DNA of 64,000 nucleotides from Octopus sinensis (Eukaryota): NCBI RefSeq assembly GCF_006345805.1, contig NC_042997.1, positions 79,546,001 to 79,610,000 of the forward strand, read 5' to 3'. Shown piece by piece: positions 35,271 to 49,179 of this stretch (position 1 is its first letter; each line of letters starts with the position of its first letter). The notes under the pieces were generated by a model. It saw only the letters and a program-made list of their open reading frames with translations, ran no database searches and was not told where the DNA came from. The position numbers and the translations under genes were made by a program.

Positions 35271-36582
35271 AGCTTAGAGAAGAATAAGAAGAAACGAAAC
35301 GAAACCAAACGAATCGAATCGAATCGACGCGAAGGCGCTCAGTCATACAATAGTGTAATAAATAAAATATATGCATACATACAAACATATATGTACGTAC
35401 CTACATCTACATGTATATATACATGCATATATAAATATATATACATGTGTACAGGACACCACAAATAGACGTAGAACTCAACGAGAAACGAAAACGTAAA
35501 AACAGCATGGAACGGACCATTTTTTTTAACAACGAAAAAACAGAGTACAAAACAACTACATAAGGAAAAATCCCCTTCATCAGCTGTCCCTAGTTCAACT
35601 CCAGCGTGTTTTGAAGGTGAGGACAGAACACGTCTCATCGAACTAATCCTTCCTGCGAAAGAATTAGATAAAATTCCTTTGCAGAGGGGTAAAAACAAGG
35701 GAAAAAAAGTGACAAAAACAGGACGTAAAAACAATACAATTATAAACAAATACAAAATAAATACAATCACAAAAAATACAGTACAAGAAGGAATAGAAAC
35801 AGGACAGGAAAACAAATAAAGAGGGCCTATAAGCCTAGACGAGGAAAAAAATTTTTTTTTTCTTTTTATATGTATATATGTGTGTGTGTATGCTCTGTGT
35901 AAGCATTCGACTTGTTTGGGCACGCTTACGTTAAAAAACAATTTTAGAATGACTTTTTTCTGTCAAAATGCTAAAAATAACAGCCCCCCCCCAAAAAACC
36001 CACCCAAGATTCAACCAAATCAAAAAATAAACCCAAATACTAAGCGAACAAACATGAAACATCCCACTTCTATTGCGCGCGCACACACATTCACACATAC
36101 ACACAAACACACACACACACACACACACACATTCATATAACCCCCTTTTACATACACACATATATTCATACAGAGTTGAAACGCTGCTTGATTTATTTTT
36201 TCAGCGTACACTACCAAGTATGACATCACGCCTTCCTTCCTTATTCATCTATTACCCATTCTTTTCTCATTCATAAACACAAGAGTATTATTATATTAGA
36301 TTGTCTCGGCAACCATGGGAGCTATGAAAAAATACAAAGCCCAGCATCACCACCGGATCATTCTACACATATTTGTAATTTTTCGTGCAATTCCACCCAA
36401 CCGTTTGACCGTGTATCCCAAGACAAGAAAGAATCGCCCATGTCAAATTTATTTGTATATATATAAAAGATAACAAAAAATGGAACAAGAACGTAACAGG
36501 CGACAACAAAACATTCGGACAGTTAGACGATACAAAAAAAGACATATATATCTATATCTATATCTATATCTATCTATCTATC

Positions 36583-36673
<91 letters not shown>

Positions 36674-36679
36674 ATATAT

Positions 36680-36724
<45 letters not shown>

Positions 36725-36812
36725 TCCTGACTTCAAATTCTGCCGAGATTGACTTTGCCTTTCATCCTTTCGGGATCGATAATATAAGTACCAGTTGAGC
36801 ATTGGATCGATG

Positions 36813-36864
<52 letters not shown>

Positions 36865-37495
36865 AATATGTCGAAAGCGTGTATATGTATGTTTGTTTTC
36901 TCTATATATACCTACACAAACGTATGTATGTATGTATATATGCATGTATGTATGTATGTATGTATGTATGTATGTATGTATGTATGTATGTATGTATGTA
37001 TGTATGTATGTATGTATGTATGTTGAGGCAATTATGCGGATAAACAAATTAGACACATTAATAGTTTGGGTATGAAATACAAAATATGTATACATGCAAA
37101 ACGAGAAAAAGCAAAATGTGGAATCTTTCAGATGATGAACTTTTAAGTATTAATATATAGATATTTGTATTAATAGGCCCAACTTACAAACGACAGAGAA
37201 AAATTGAAGGGGTGCAGCAGTGGCGCATGCCTGTCTGTATAGGAAGAATGTTACTCCCCAACCATGTGGTCCCCCAGGCCGACCAAAGTCTTAAGAGTGC
37301 ATTTATCTTTTATCTTTTAATTGTTTCAGGCATTACACAGAAGCCATGCTGTGACACCGTCTTGAAGAACTCTTTGTAGAATTAATCGACCCCAGTACTT
37401 ATTTCTTCCTTTTAATCTTTCTTGTTTTTTCTTTTTTTTTTGAAAACTGGTACCTAGTCTTTCTATCTATATATAGTATATATATATATATATAT

Positions 37496-37572
<77 letters not shown>

Positions 37573-37578
37573 AATAAA

Positions 37579-37743
37579 GTAGTAAATGAAAAACAGGATG
37601 CAAAGGATTTTGCGGTACATATGTTTCGGGCTTTATTGAACAACTTATTCTTATATCAATGCATAATTGATTATAACAGACAGATCAAAAGCCCGAAACA
37701 TATGTACCGCAAAATCCTTTGCGTCCTGTTTTTCATTTACTAC
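37579..37743. repeat. 56-bp near-perfect inverted repeat with 53-nt spacer
   Basis: GTAGTAAATG...GTTTCGGGCTTT (37579-37634) pairs with AAAGCCCGAAAC...CATTTACTAC (37688-37743), one mismatch. Confidence 0.9.
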
Positions 37744-37888
37744 ACTGGATACATATATCCTATCACCTATGCCACTAGCTGGCATATACAGGTGCTCACA
37801 TTTATCAAGTATTCACCCTGAATTTATTGTAGATATATATATATATGTGTGTGTGTGGTGTGTGTGTGGGTTTGTGGTATGCATGTAA

Positions 37889-37931
<43 letters not shown>

Positions 37932-38142
37932 ATATATAATATATATATATAAAATTAATTAATATAAACAGCAGGTTGCAATGTTTCATCAAAAAGGAGA
38001 GTTATAATTTTCACTAAATGTTAAGAAATACCTATATTGCTAGAAATAAAAGCTAAACTGCTCTAATGGTGTAGTTAAAGCACATAAATGTAGGCATAAC
38101 ATAACGGACCTGAATCGTCCGAAAAATGCTTATCGAGATATA

Positions 38143-38191
<49 letters not shown>

Positions 38192-38194
<3 letters not shown>

Positions 38195-38436
38195 CACTCC
38201 GTCGGTTACAGGGTACATGTCTGGGTGGAAGGTCGCCTCACCGGCGAACGCACAACCTAAGATTGTTTTTATGGAAGACCAGCAGTCGGCCACGCATACC
38301 AGCTTCCCGTCTCCAAGCCACGTGAAATAAAGTGTCTTGCTCAAGAACGCAACGCGCAGCCTGTCCAGGAATTGAACCCACAATCTCACGATCGTAAACT
38401 CTACACTCTAACCACTGAGCCATGCGCCTTCACATT
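38192..38436 (-). mobile_element. tRNA-headed (CORE-like) SINE
   Basis: Minus strand: GGCGCATGGCTCAGTGGTTAGAG...GGTTCAATTCC...GTTCTTGAGCAAGACACTTTA. Confidence 0.75.
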
Positions 38437-38437
38437 A

Positions 38438-38513
<76 letters not shown>

Positions 38514-38554
38514 TAATATATATATATATATAATTTCTTTACTACCCACTAGAG

Positions 38555-38745
38555 GCTAAACACAGAGAGGACAAACAAGGACAAAAACGGATTAAGTCGA
38601 ATATATCGACCCCAGTGCGTAACTGGTACTTATTTAATCGACCCCCGAAAGGATGAAAGGCACAATCGACCTCGGCGGAATTTGAACTCAGAACGTAGCG
38701 GCAAACGAAATACCGCAAAGCATTTCGCCCGGCGTGCTAACATTT
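38555..38745 (-). mobile_element. SINE family 2 copy
   Basis: Same core as 13075-13250. Confidence 0.8.
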
Positions 38746-39110
38746 CTATCGTTTAATTTCTAGGCTTTGATAAAATAAAACCCTGCAGCCAAATATGCTA
38801 AAGAATGATTGAAGTTCTTTATATTGGTTTGTTTTGAATTCAAAACAATGCAGTAGCGACGCGGAAAGCATTAAGATATTAGTTAGTGCCCCGAAAGTAA
38901 AATCGCCGTAAGTGTAATAAAAATGTTCTCCAAAGTCTTCTGGTCTTTAAAATCGAAGGGCGGGAAAAAAAAAGAAGTAAAATAAATTAAGACGTGCGAA
39001 ACTGAATGTTGTTTTTATTTTTATACTTCCTATTATCCTAGTTAATAACTCTCTGATCGGGAAACCCCCACTTCCAGTTGCTAATAATGATGTATGTAAA
39101 TTTTCTGATA

Positions 39111-39178
39111 CACGATTGGCTCATGCAACTGTATTATAAAAGCGAGTAGTTTCTTAGCTAGCATAAACACTGTCAGTC
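39111..39178 (+). promoter_or_regulatory. Candidate Pol II core promoter of the EGF-like peptide gene
   Basis: Reverse CCAAT (GATTGG ~39114), TATAAAA 39135-39141, Inr-like TCAGTC 39173-39178. The TATA-Inr spacing (~40 nt) is longer than canonical. Confidence 0.4.
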
Positions 39179-39250
39179 GCAGAATCTGCCTGTAACGTAT
39201 CTCGAGAAGCACAACTTGAAATCATAGGATATATCAATAGCACAAACAGC

Positions 39251-39562
39251 ATGGTGGTAGCAGTAAGTGGTTGTAGTAAACGTGTCTCGCTGTTTAAATT
39301 TTTACTTTTCTTAACATTTATGGAATTTGCAATTTCTATACGTTTCTACGAGATCTGTGAAGTGGGCAGATGTAAGAACGGCGGTACAATGTATTTTCCG
39401 GACACTTTCTTGGGGATGTGCAGGTGCATCTGCCCGTATCCATATATTGGAGCCCTCTGCCAAAATACTAGGATAATTCCTCGAAAAGCACGGTCTAAGA
39501 GAAGGAGGGGTTTGGAGAGACGAGGTCGAAGATCTCTATTGATAAAAATCTTAACGAATTGA
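39251..39562 (+). CDS. Small secreted protein precursor, single atypical EGF-like domain, basic C-terminal tail (103 aa)
   Basis: Hydrophobic LFKFLLFLTFMEFAIS, then C-x4-CKNGG...C-x-C-x-C-x8-C with YIGALC, then multibasic RKARSKRRR/RRGRR. A perfect donor AA|GTAAGT at 39574/39575 lies 12 nt after the stop. Confidence 0.75.
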   Translation: MVVAVSGCSKRVSLFKFLLFLTFMEFAISIRFYEICEVGRCKNGGTMYFPDTFLGMCRCICPYPYIGALCQNTRIIPRKARSKRRRGLERRGRRSLLIKILTN

Positions 39563-39699
39563 ATCTTTCATTAAGTAAGTAGAAAACTTTTTCTTTTCTT
39601 TTCTTTTTATTCTTTTCTTACGTTTTTCTTTCTTTCTTTTAATTTCGATACCTTTCTTATTACTGTTCTTTTCCTTTCCATTCTACCTATTCTATATTG

Positions 39700-39767
<68 letters not shown>

Positions 39768-40701
39768 TTTCTTGCCGAGAAACAAAAGAGAGAGAGAGAG
39801 AGAGAGAAAGAGAAAGAGAGAGAGAGGAAGGGGAGGGAGGAAGATAGGTGAGTTGAAAGTTGTGGGTAACAGAGAATGTAACGTGTCGAGTTTGCGGTCT
39901 ACTAAATATGTGTGTTGTGTTGTGTGTATGTGTGTGTGTGCAAGCGTGTGTATACGCGTGCGTATGTAGGTGTGTCTTTATGTATGCATGTGGGCATATG
40001 TGAATGTATATATATACGTCCGTACATAATTTATATACATACATGTATATAAATATAAACATATAAGGATGCGTGTATGTGTGTCTGTGTGTGTATATGT
40101 GTACACACACACAATACACAAGCACACACACACACACACATATATGTGTGTATATATGCCTCTTTTACTCACTTCTGTCATTGGACTGCGCCCATTGTGG
40201 GGTGCCACTTTGATGAGTTTACTTGAACAAATCGACCCTAGTACTTATTTTTTAAAGTCTAGCACTTTTTCTATCGTCTCTTTTGTCAGACGGCTAAGCT
40301 ACACCAATGTAAACAAACCAACACCGGCAATCAAACTGTAGGTCCGGATAAACCTCAATGCAAAACTACTGATACACGCGCGCACACATACTGTATTATA
40401 TATATACACACACACACACACGGCGGGTTTGCACATAGATATCCACTTTCTGAATCCATTCAAAATATATTGGGCGTTCCGATTCCATAGTACAAGACAC
40501 TTCCCTAAGGTGCCATGCAGTAAGAATGAACCTAACACCACGAGTTTCCAATCCGCGTCTCATACACAGTTAAGTGCATACAAATGTATGTATGTATATA
40601 TGTATATATATAAAGTTAATCCAAACATGAAAACACAAAGAGAAAACACAACAACGCGAGAACGTGGAACAAATATAGTATAATTGGACGCTCAGGAAGG
40701 A

Positions 40702-40732
<31 letters not shown>

Positions 40733-41248
40733 ATAATATATATATATATATATAGGCATGAGGATATATATATAATATATATATATATATTATATATATA
40801 TAGGCATGAGGATATATAAATCTCTTATAGGAATAGTAGCTTTATATATATGTATATACACATTTATTTATTTATTTATATATGTACAATCAAGTAGGCT
40901 CGTATATTCATATATGAATATTTGTGTACATGTCTGTGCATTTATGTATAAAAGCGTATATACCCATATGTACCAATAATTGCTTGTGTATGCGCATACA
41001 CAATAAGAAAAACTTGTGCACGCATAATTTGAAACGTACAACTAAGCATTTCTGTAAATATGTGTGTCTGTCGACACGTGCATCAGTATTTGTGTCCGTA
41101 TGCATACGTAGGGATAAATAAAAGCATGTCTCTGCATAATTTACATGTACGGCTTTATATATGCAACTCTCTGACTATGAATATTTGTATTTATGTGTGT
41201 GCATGCATGGATACGTATGTATGGGTGTATGTCTAAGTTGTGTATGTC

Positions 41249-41354
<106 letters not shown>

Positions 41355-41355
41355 A

Positions 41356-41386
<31 letters not shown>

Positions 41387-41483
41387 ATATATGTAAATAT
41401 ATATATACATATATATATATATGTATGTATATATATATGTGTGTGTGTATATATATATGTATGTATGTATATATATATAATAT

Positions 41484-41525
<42 letters not shown>

Positions 41526-41733
41526 TATGTGCGTGTGTGTGTATATTTGCATGTATATATGTATACGTATGAATGTACATGTATTACATAGAAATCAATA
41601 TTTAGTATATGCATGCATATGTGTGTGTGTGTTTATGTACATATGTATATATCTATTTTTATGATTTATATGTATATACACATGTATATACATTTGTACA
41701 TATATATGTATGTGTATGTATATATATATATAT

Positions 41734-41792
<59 letters not shown>

Positions 41793-42468
41793 TGAGAGGG
41801 AGAAAAATAAAGATAGATAGATAAACATATGCATACATACACATATATATACATACATATACATACATACTAAATATACACAAATATATACATACACTAC
41901 ATATATACAAATACATATATACATACATACATACATACATACACACATATGTACATGCATAATAGATTGATAAGTATTGTGTGTGCGTGTGTGTATGTGT
42001 ATATTTTTTTAGATTATGTGTGTTCTGTGTTATATGTGAATCACTTTTTTTCTGTCTGTACCGGCTCACAACTGCTGCTCTCGAACCCCCTCCCTATGCT
42101 ACTTCACCCCCATCCCCACACGCACCGCCTGTGACATCGTCTTTACCAGTGCCCCGCTTTTTTCTTTTACTTTTCTTTTTACTTAACTCACCTCCCCAGC
42201 AAGCAGTAAATGATGCAATAAGCAACTGTTGTGAGAACAGAGGACGAGCGACATCGCTCTCAACAACTCGGAACAAAAGATAATAATAGCAAAGCGTTGG
42301 TGGAACAGAATAGATATAAAATAAATAGAAGTGGGTCTCTTTAAAAGATGTAGGAGTTATTTTACTTTACAACAGGTATTATTAATGACCTACATGATGT
42401 ATATCAAGTGGACGTTTTTGTTCATGTTTCCCTTCTTCTTCTTCTTCTTCTCCTTCTTCTTCTTCTTC

Positions 42469-42555
<87 letters not shown>

Positions 42556-42943
42556 GGGGCGTGGTTATTGCTAGTTGAAAAATTTCGTTGTTAATTGTTT
42601 TAACAGTTTGATTTCAAATGTCATAATTCCACAAAATTTGAACGACTGAGAAAATAGATCTTTAAAATTTCATCTCTCTCTCTCTCGCTCACTCTTTATT
42701 CATCTCTCTCCCTCTCCTCCTCCCCAAATTATATATTTTGGATATTTATCATTTTTTCACACAGTATATATTTTAACAACACCCTAAACTTTTATTTCTC
42801 TATGTACTCCCATTCCTTTATCCTTCTATTCTGTAAAACTTTCTGAAGGTTGCGAACTTATTGTATATATAGAGAGAGAAAATAAATTTCTAAATATAAT
42901 AATTTCCTCTCTCTCTCTCTCTCTATCTCCACGTAAGCACCCG

Positions 42944-43020
<77 letters not shown>

Positions 43021-45054
43021 ACGCACGCACGCGCGCGCTTTAGACTTAGCATATGTCCCGCGTTGAAGGGTCTGTCTCGGTCTCAGTTATTATATCAAGT
43101 GATTAAATTCTAAGACGGAAAAACTAAAAGTATTAACACCCACAAAGGGTCCTAACCTTATTGTACACTATTCACTAATAAATATAATGAAAACCAAGTG
43201 CTGTGTACATTTCCCAGAGCTCTAGCGAGTGTTTGTTGTAGTCACGTCGTAATAGCACTCTCAAGTCTCAAGTAGATAGGTACTGTAGTTTAAAGACATT
43301 TTGCTCATCCATTAAAAATGGATTAAAAATGAGCTATTCCAAGGATTAAGAGTATGTAATATAATTAATAAAATTTAATGGTTTTTCTACCTTATTCTAT
43401 AAAAGCTGAAGATTGATGTTTTATGCTTCGTATAGTACGCGAATCTTTACCAAAAAGCGATGAGGGCTTCAAGCTCCACCATTAGCCACAATGATATACT
43501 AAAAATTCATAGCCTCCTCCGTTCGAACGTGTGCGCGGGGATTTTTCTTGGCGCAGGGCTTAATTTGAACAAATCTAAGTAGCTTAAAACAGGCCATGCC
43601 TATAATTTAAATGTTGTCTCTGTATGAGCCTAAGAAATTATGATAAGCCTAACTATGAATGAATGCCGTGTCACATAAGATAACCTAGACATAGTTGTGA
43701 TTGGAGGTTTAAATATTTTACCTACCTCGAATCCTGCAAGAGATATATTGCAGACTTATAGAATCAGTATAAAATACTCTGATAGAATATGTAGAATCAC
43801 CTACCAACGTCTGTACAAAACTAAATCCTGTAATCGGTCAAAATGAGGGAGATAGCTAAATAGTGACGGACGAAGGTTTAGTTACCCAAACGACAGCTGA
43901 TACAATCAATAGCGATCACTGAGTTTTTAAGTATTAGTGAAATATTATTTGCAGAACTACTATCTTGAATTACGCTTTTTAATGCACTTCAGATAATACA
44001 TTAAGTAATATCATCCAGATGGGAGCGTGTTCTGGTTATGCTCCTTAGAGTATAATATAATATAATATAATATAATATAATATAATATGTCTATGCATTT
44101 GTCTGTGTTTGTACCACTGTTGGCGCTGTATTTGTTATTGCTAATAACATAGCTGTTTTAATAATAAGAGATTGATAAATTTAGTACCACACTTAAACAA
44201 GTATTGGGAGGAATATTATCAACTAAATCCTGGAAGGCAGTACTCAGCACTTTATATTTTACTTGTTGTGTATGAGGGACAGGATTGTGACCATGGCTTT
44301 TGCATGCCCACTTGTATCGGTGAAACTGATATTATTAATGTTCCTCTTGAAACATTGTAAGTCAATACTTAGAGGAAATATATGAACAGAGAAGGCATTC
44401 TAGAGGGCCGACATTCTGTGAAAGAATGACAAGATCTGGGGATTTTTTTTTTTTTTGCAGAGCTTGTGGGTTTGGATATAAAAAGGATGATCGGAAGAGG
44501 AGAGTCATGTGAAGAAAGCGGAACATTATTTAAAAAAAGAAAAAAACTAGTACCTTCTTGACAGTCAAGATATCGGTGAGCCAAGTCAGCTGCCATTCGG
44601 TTGCGATTCCATTTTGGAAACATCTTTCTTTCAACGCAGTTGTTGTAACCTTTGGATAAGACATGACCTACCACAAAATCTAAATTCCACATGAACTTTC
44701 AATATATGAACTAAAGCCTGTGTTTTTTGTGGAATAGGAGGAGGTTCTCTTGAATGCTGTTCGTTATTCTATTACAATTTCCAACTGAAACCGTTTCACA
44801 TTCATCATTAATTTTCTGATCAAGTCATGAAAAATACAATTTTATTAATTTTCCTCTCTATATGGGTTTAAAGCTTTATATTTTTGCATAATTTTATGCT
44901 AAATTTAATGTATAAACAGTTAAGTATCCGCTTATCACTCGATTGTTTAATCCTTTTCTGTGACTGTAATGTTTAATTTTTTTATTCTTTCCATCGAAGC
45001 TAAATAGTGATATATTAATTATACTAAAGTTTACACTTTCTTTCTATTTTTCAG

Positions 45055-45355
45055 ATTTTAAATGAAAAACCTGTTGTGAAAATGCTACTGAGTCTACGCA
45101 TGAACAATTTTGATTTCACCATGTCACATTTCGTGCATTTATGAAGAACCTGGTGTTTTTGACATCTTATTTTGCATACACGTGCGAAGAATTCACAAAT
45201 ATGAAATGTGATTTAAATATGCTTCACCTATAAAAATCAAAATCAGAAACTACTTGGTATAAGCGTATACCTGCATTACACAACTGGAACTTTACATTCC
45301 ATGGTGCACCCCTGTCTTTGGTGCATTGAGTGAAATAAATACATTCCATATTTAT
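45055..45355 (+). other. Candidate non-coding 3' exon of the EGF-like gene
   Basis: Strong polypyrimidine tract ending TTTTTCAG| at 45054, then unique AT-rich sequence with AATAAA near 45334. Linkage to the 39575 donor is inferred. Confidence 0.3.
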
Positions 45356-45858
45356 AATTTTGTCGCAGTTGGTGAACTGGGAGAATCGACAGAGCGTCGG
45401 GCTAAATACTTAGTAACATCTCTTCCGAATCTCTACTTTCTGAGTTCGAATTCCTCCAAGATCAACTTTACCTTTCAGGATCAATAAAATAAACTATCAG
45501 TTGAGCTCTTGGGTCGATATGACCACCTTCAACTTAGCCCTTTTAAATACGCCAACATTTAAAACCGCATTTATGATATCGTCATAAAGACTTTCAAAGT
45601 TCAGTGTACTTTCTTTTAGAATTAGTTTATATCTAAATTAATAAACAAATTATCTTGCGGTATTAACTTGGTTTTACTTTAGATCGGTAATCTCATAAGT
45701 AGAGTCGTTGTTTCCGCCATTAATATTTATGTTCGCCATTAATATTTATGTTCGGTAGTTTTGTGAGCATTATTTTGTAAAATGAGGCATTTATTGTGCT
45801 AACACTGCATGAGTATTTATTATATATATTTATTGTGGCATTCTCTTTCCATACAAAT

Positions 45859-45890
<32 letters not shown>

Positions 45891-46120
45891 ACACACACAC
45901 ACCACACATACAAAAACAGATACAGAACGCTTCAGAAGAAATTATATCAATATATATACGTATACACACACACATACACACACATACACACACACACACA
46001 CACACACAGAAGACTACAGAAGAAATTATATCAATATACATATACTTATATACATAAATTTTTAGGGTAAATGTATATATGGTGACAGGAGGATTGACCC
46101 AGAATCCGCCGAACGAGTGG

Positions 46121-46174
46121 TCCTTACTGATGAAGGCTATGGAAATAGCCGAAACTAGACATTCAGTTTAAGGG
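46121..46174 (+). ncRNA. Type I hammerhead ribozyme motif
   Basis: UCCUUA-CUGAUGA-A-GGCUAU(GGAA)AUAGCC-GAAACU...AGUU|UAAGGG; stems I, II and III can all pair. Confidence 0.7.
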
Positions 46175-46450
46175 ATTCTCGAGTCGGTGTTTTGGGAGAT
46201 TGTAGCTCCTCTGAGCGTATAAGTATTCGTCTATGTGCTTTTTCTACAGCATTAGAGCATTTTAGCTCATATTTCTAGCAATGTAGATGTCTTGACACTC
46301 TTAGTCGCTTTCAGTGATATTACATTGGACATAGCTTTTCATATTAATTTTTGTATACACATTAGCGATCCTCTAAATCACTCATAAATTTTTTATGGTA
46401 AGTACATATATGCTGACAGAAGGATTGGCCCACAATCTGCTGAACGAGTG

Positions 46451-46505
46451 TTCCTTACTCATGAAGCTTACAGAAATAGCCGAAACTGGATTTTCGTCTA
46501 AGGAA
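46451..46505 (+). ncRNA. Degenerate second hammerhead copy in tandem ~330-bp unit
   Basis: UUCCUUA-CUCAUGA...GAAAC...GUC|UAAGGAA. Stem I is perfect; core G5 is mutated to C and stem II has decayed. Confidence 0.55.
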
Positions 46506-46641
46506 TTCTCTTATTTCTAGCAGTGTAGGTGCCTTGACTCCATTAGTCGCCTTCAGTGACAATTATATTTTTCCTTTATGGTATTACATTGCACATAGCA
46601 GCTTATATTAATATGTGTGTGTGTGTGTATGTATATGTATG

Positions 46642-46740
<99 letters not shown>

Positions 46741-46746
46741 TGTATG

Positions 46747-46780
<34 letters not shown>

Positions 46781-48182
46781 TGTATATTACCCTCCTTTAG
46801 CTATCATCGGTGAATATGTCTTGTTAGTTATAATTTTTATCGTAAGCTTATGCTCATTATTGACTCATTATTGAATCAAAGAACTTCTATGCATTATCAT
46901 TCATTTGTCAACGAGCTTTTAAGGAAATTACCCTAAATTATTTTTTACTACTTTTGTTTTAACTAGCATTTTTTTTTACTATCTTCATTTCAAATTCATT
47001 CTTAACGTACATATCCTCTCACACACATGCTCAAACAAACGAACGAACACACAGATATGCACAAATATTTATATTAATTTAAAAGTTCAAACAAACAAAA
47101 TTAAGTTTTATTTTCTAGTCAATATTTATAAGTAAATGATAGTTATGTAAAAACATTTCAGCGCGCATTTCGAATAAATATACTGTATTACATTTAGTAT
47201 TTATTCGCACTGCACTCTCATATCTTAGTTCTGCGCTCTCATATCTATCTCAGTTGTGTGCTATTTAATGATTGAAGAGTAAATGGATATTTATTTGAAT
47301 TTGTAAATATAAATTAAATCACGTTAAACCTTTTATATAATTTATTTTCAAATAAAATCAATATTTTTCTATATACGCTTTGAGTGATTTTTTACAGTCT
47401 GAATTTTGTCTTTTTTATTTTGTTATTTTGAATATTGATATCGATCACAATGTTGTGCCTTTTGGAAGCAAGTGAATGCTTAAGAGCACAAATTATCTTC
47501 CATGTTTTATGAGATTGCCATCAGTCTTTTCCCTTCATGCTTGTCAACAATTCTAATGGGAAAGGTATGAAAATTACAATTATATATACTCTTTCTCGAA
47601 AAAGACTGTCTTTTGCCAAGTAAAAAATTGGTAGTATATATCTACATGTTCTGAGTAGGTTAAAGCATTGGTGCTCTATGTACAGACATCGTAGTTGTCG
47701 ATACAATAATTAATGGTTGTATACTGGGGTTGATTATATATCTCCTATCTTGCAAAATAAAATAAAAATGCTGCTGACCCCTATTCAGGCCTAATTGAAA
47801 GGAACATTGATCAAACAATTTCCATCTGCAACGATTAAGTCTGTTTGCGAGTATCGAGGACTACGTTTTTAATGCCTACTAAAGACGGTTGGGTGGGACT
47901 TGAATGAGATTTGGTTCCAACTTCTAGCAGGTATAGCAACCATTCAGAGGCTCCCTTATTAATTCAAGAGTGCCTAAATCAAGTAACATCCAATTGTTTA
48001 TCTCGAATTTCAGTTCGTCAAGTTCCTATGGTGTTTGTTGCTTTGCTAACATTACATATTTCTCGTCTATCTAGTTCAAAAATAATTTACTTTATTATTA
48101 ATATCACTGGGAAAGTTTAACTTCCCATTTAATTTAGCATCTCTTACTTGAGTTAAGTTCAAGGAATTATTTCCTTCGTCAT

Positions 48183-48360
48183 AAAGGCGGCGAGATGATA
48201 GAATCGTCAGGACGCTGGGCAAAATCCTTAGCGGCATTCTGAGTTCAATTTTCAGTGAGGTCGACCTTGTCTTTCATTCTTTCGGGATCGATGAAATAAG
48301 TACTTGTGGAACACTGGGATCGATGTAATCGAGTAATCCACTTTTCCCAAATTTCAGGCC
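48183..48360 (+). mobile_element. SINE family 2 copy
   Basis: GGCGGCGAGATGATAGAATCG...GAGGTCGACCTTGTCTTTCAT. Confidence 0.75.
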
Positions 48361-48584
48361 TTATACCTGGCTCCTGGGTGCCCTGGCATAAATCCACTCC
48401 ACTGCAAGCATTCGGACTAGATCTTAATCCTTCGGCTAATCAAGTGAAAAATGTATTCCGAAAGCTAAAATGAATAAAGCAATGTGATTGAAATAGCAAG
48501 GATCAAGGATCGTAAGCTATGCCCGCTTTCTCTTTCCCCAGTATCGTTAGTTTATTTCTATAAAAACTATAAATAATTTTATTG

Positions 48585-48656
<72 letters not shown>

Positions 48657-48819
48657 TGTGTGCGCGCACGCGCGTGCGAATGGATTTGAACGTTAGTGAC
48701 TTAAAAAAAGACAATCACATTAACTTCAGTTCAGATGTCCTGGCGCCACAAACACTAGAAGCTCATATGCTGCTCCTCAATCCCAGTTAAGTGGAACAAT
48801 TAGTATTTCCATTTTATTT

Positions 48820-48851
<32 letters not shown>

Positions 48852-48904
48852 TCTGTGTGTGTGTGTGTGTGTATGTGTGTGTGTGTGTGTGTGTGTGTTT
48901 GTAC

Positions 48905-48950
<46 letters not shown>

Positions 48951-49179
48951 ATGTTTTCAGATGAATTGGTTTTATTTAAGTGTTTCGTGGGGTTTTTGTA
49001 ATTTTGATCTTTCTCTACAACTTTCGTTTATCGTTTTTGAAATTTTAACAAATTTGACACCCATTCAGTCATACGACAATGGAGTAGCAAGTTCAAAACC
49101 AAAAACAAAAACAAAAGCTGAAAGAAAAAAGAAAAACAACATTCTCGACACCTACTTCTCTTTGATTTCATTGAAGGTT

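Noticed and set aside
44369-44692. 107-aa minus-strand ORF as a piggyBac-like transposase relic
   Set aside because: The resemblance is limited to a few residues (NRNRMAADLAH), with no TIR or TTAA support.
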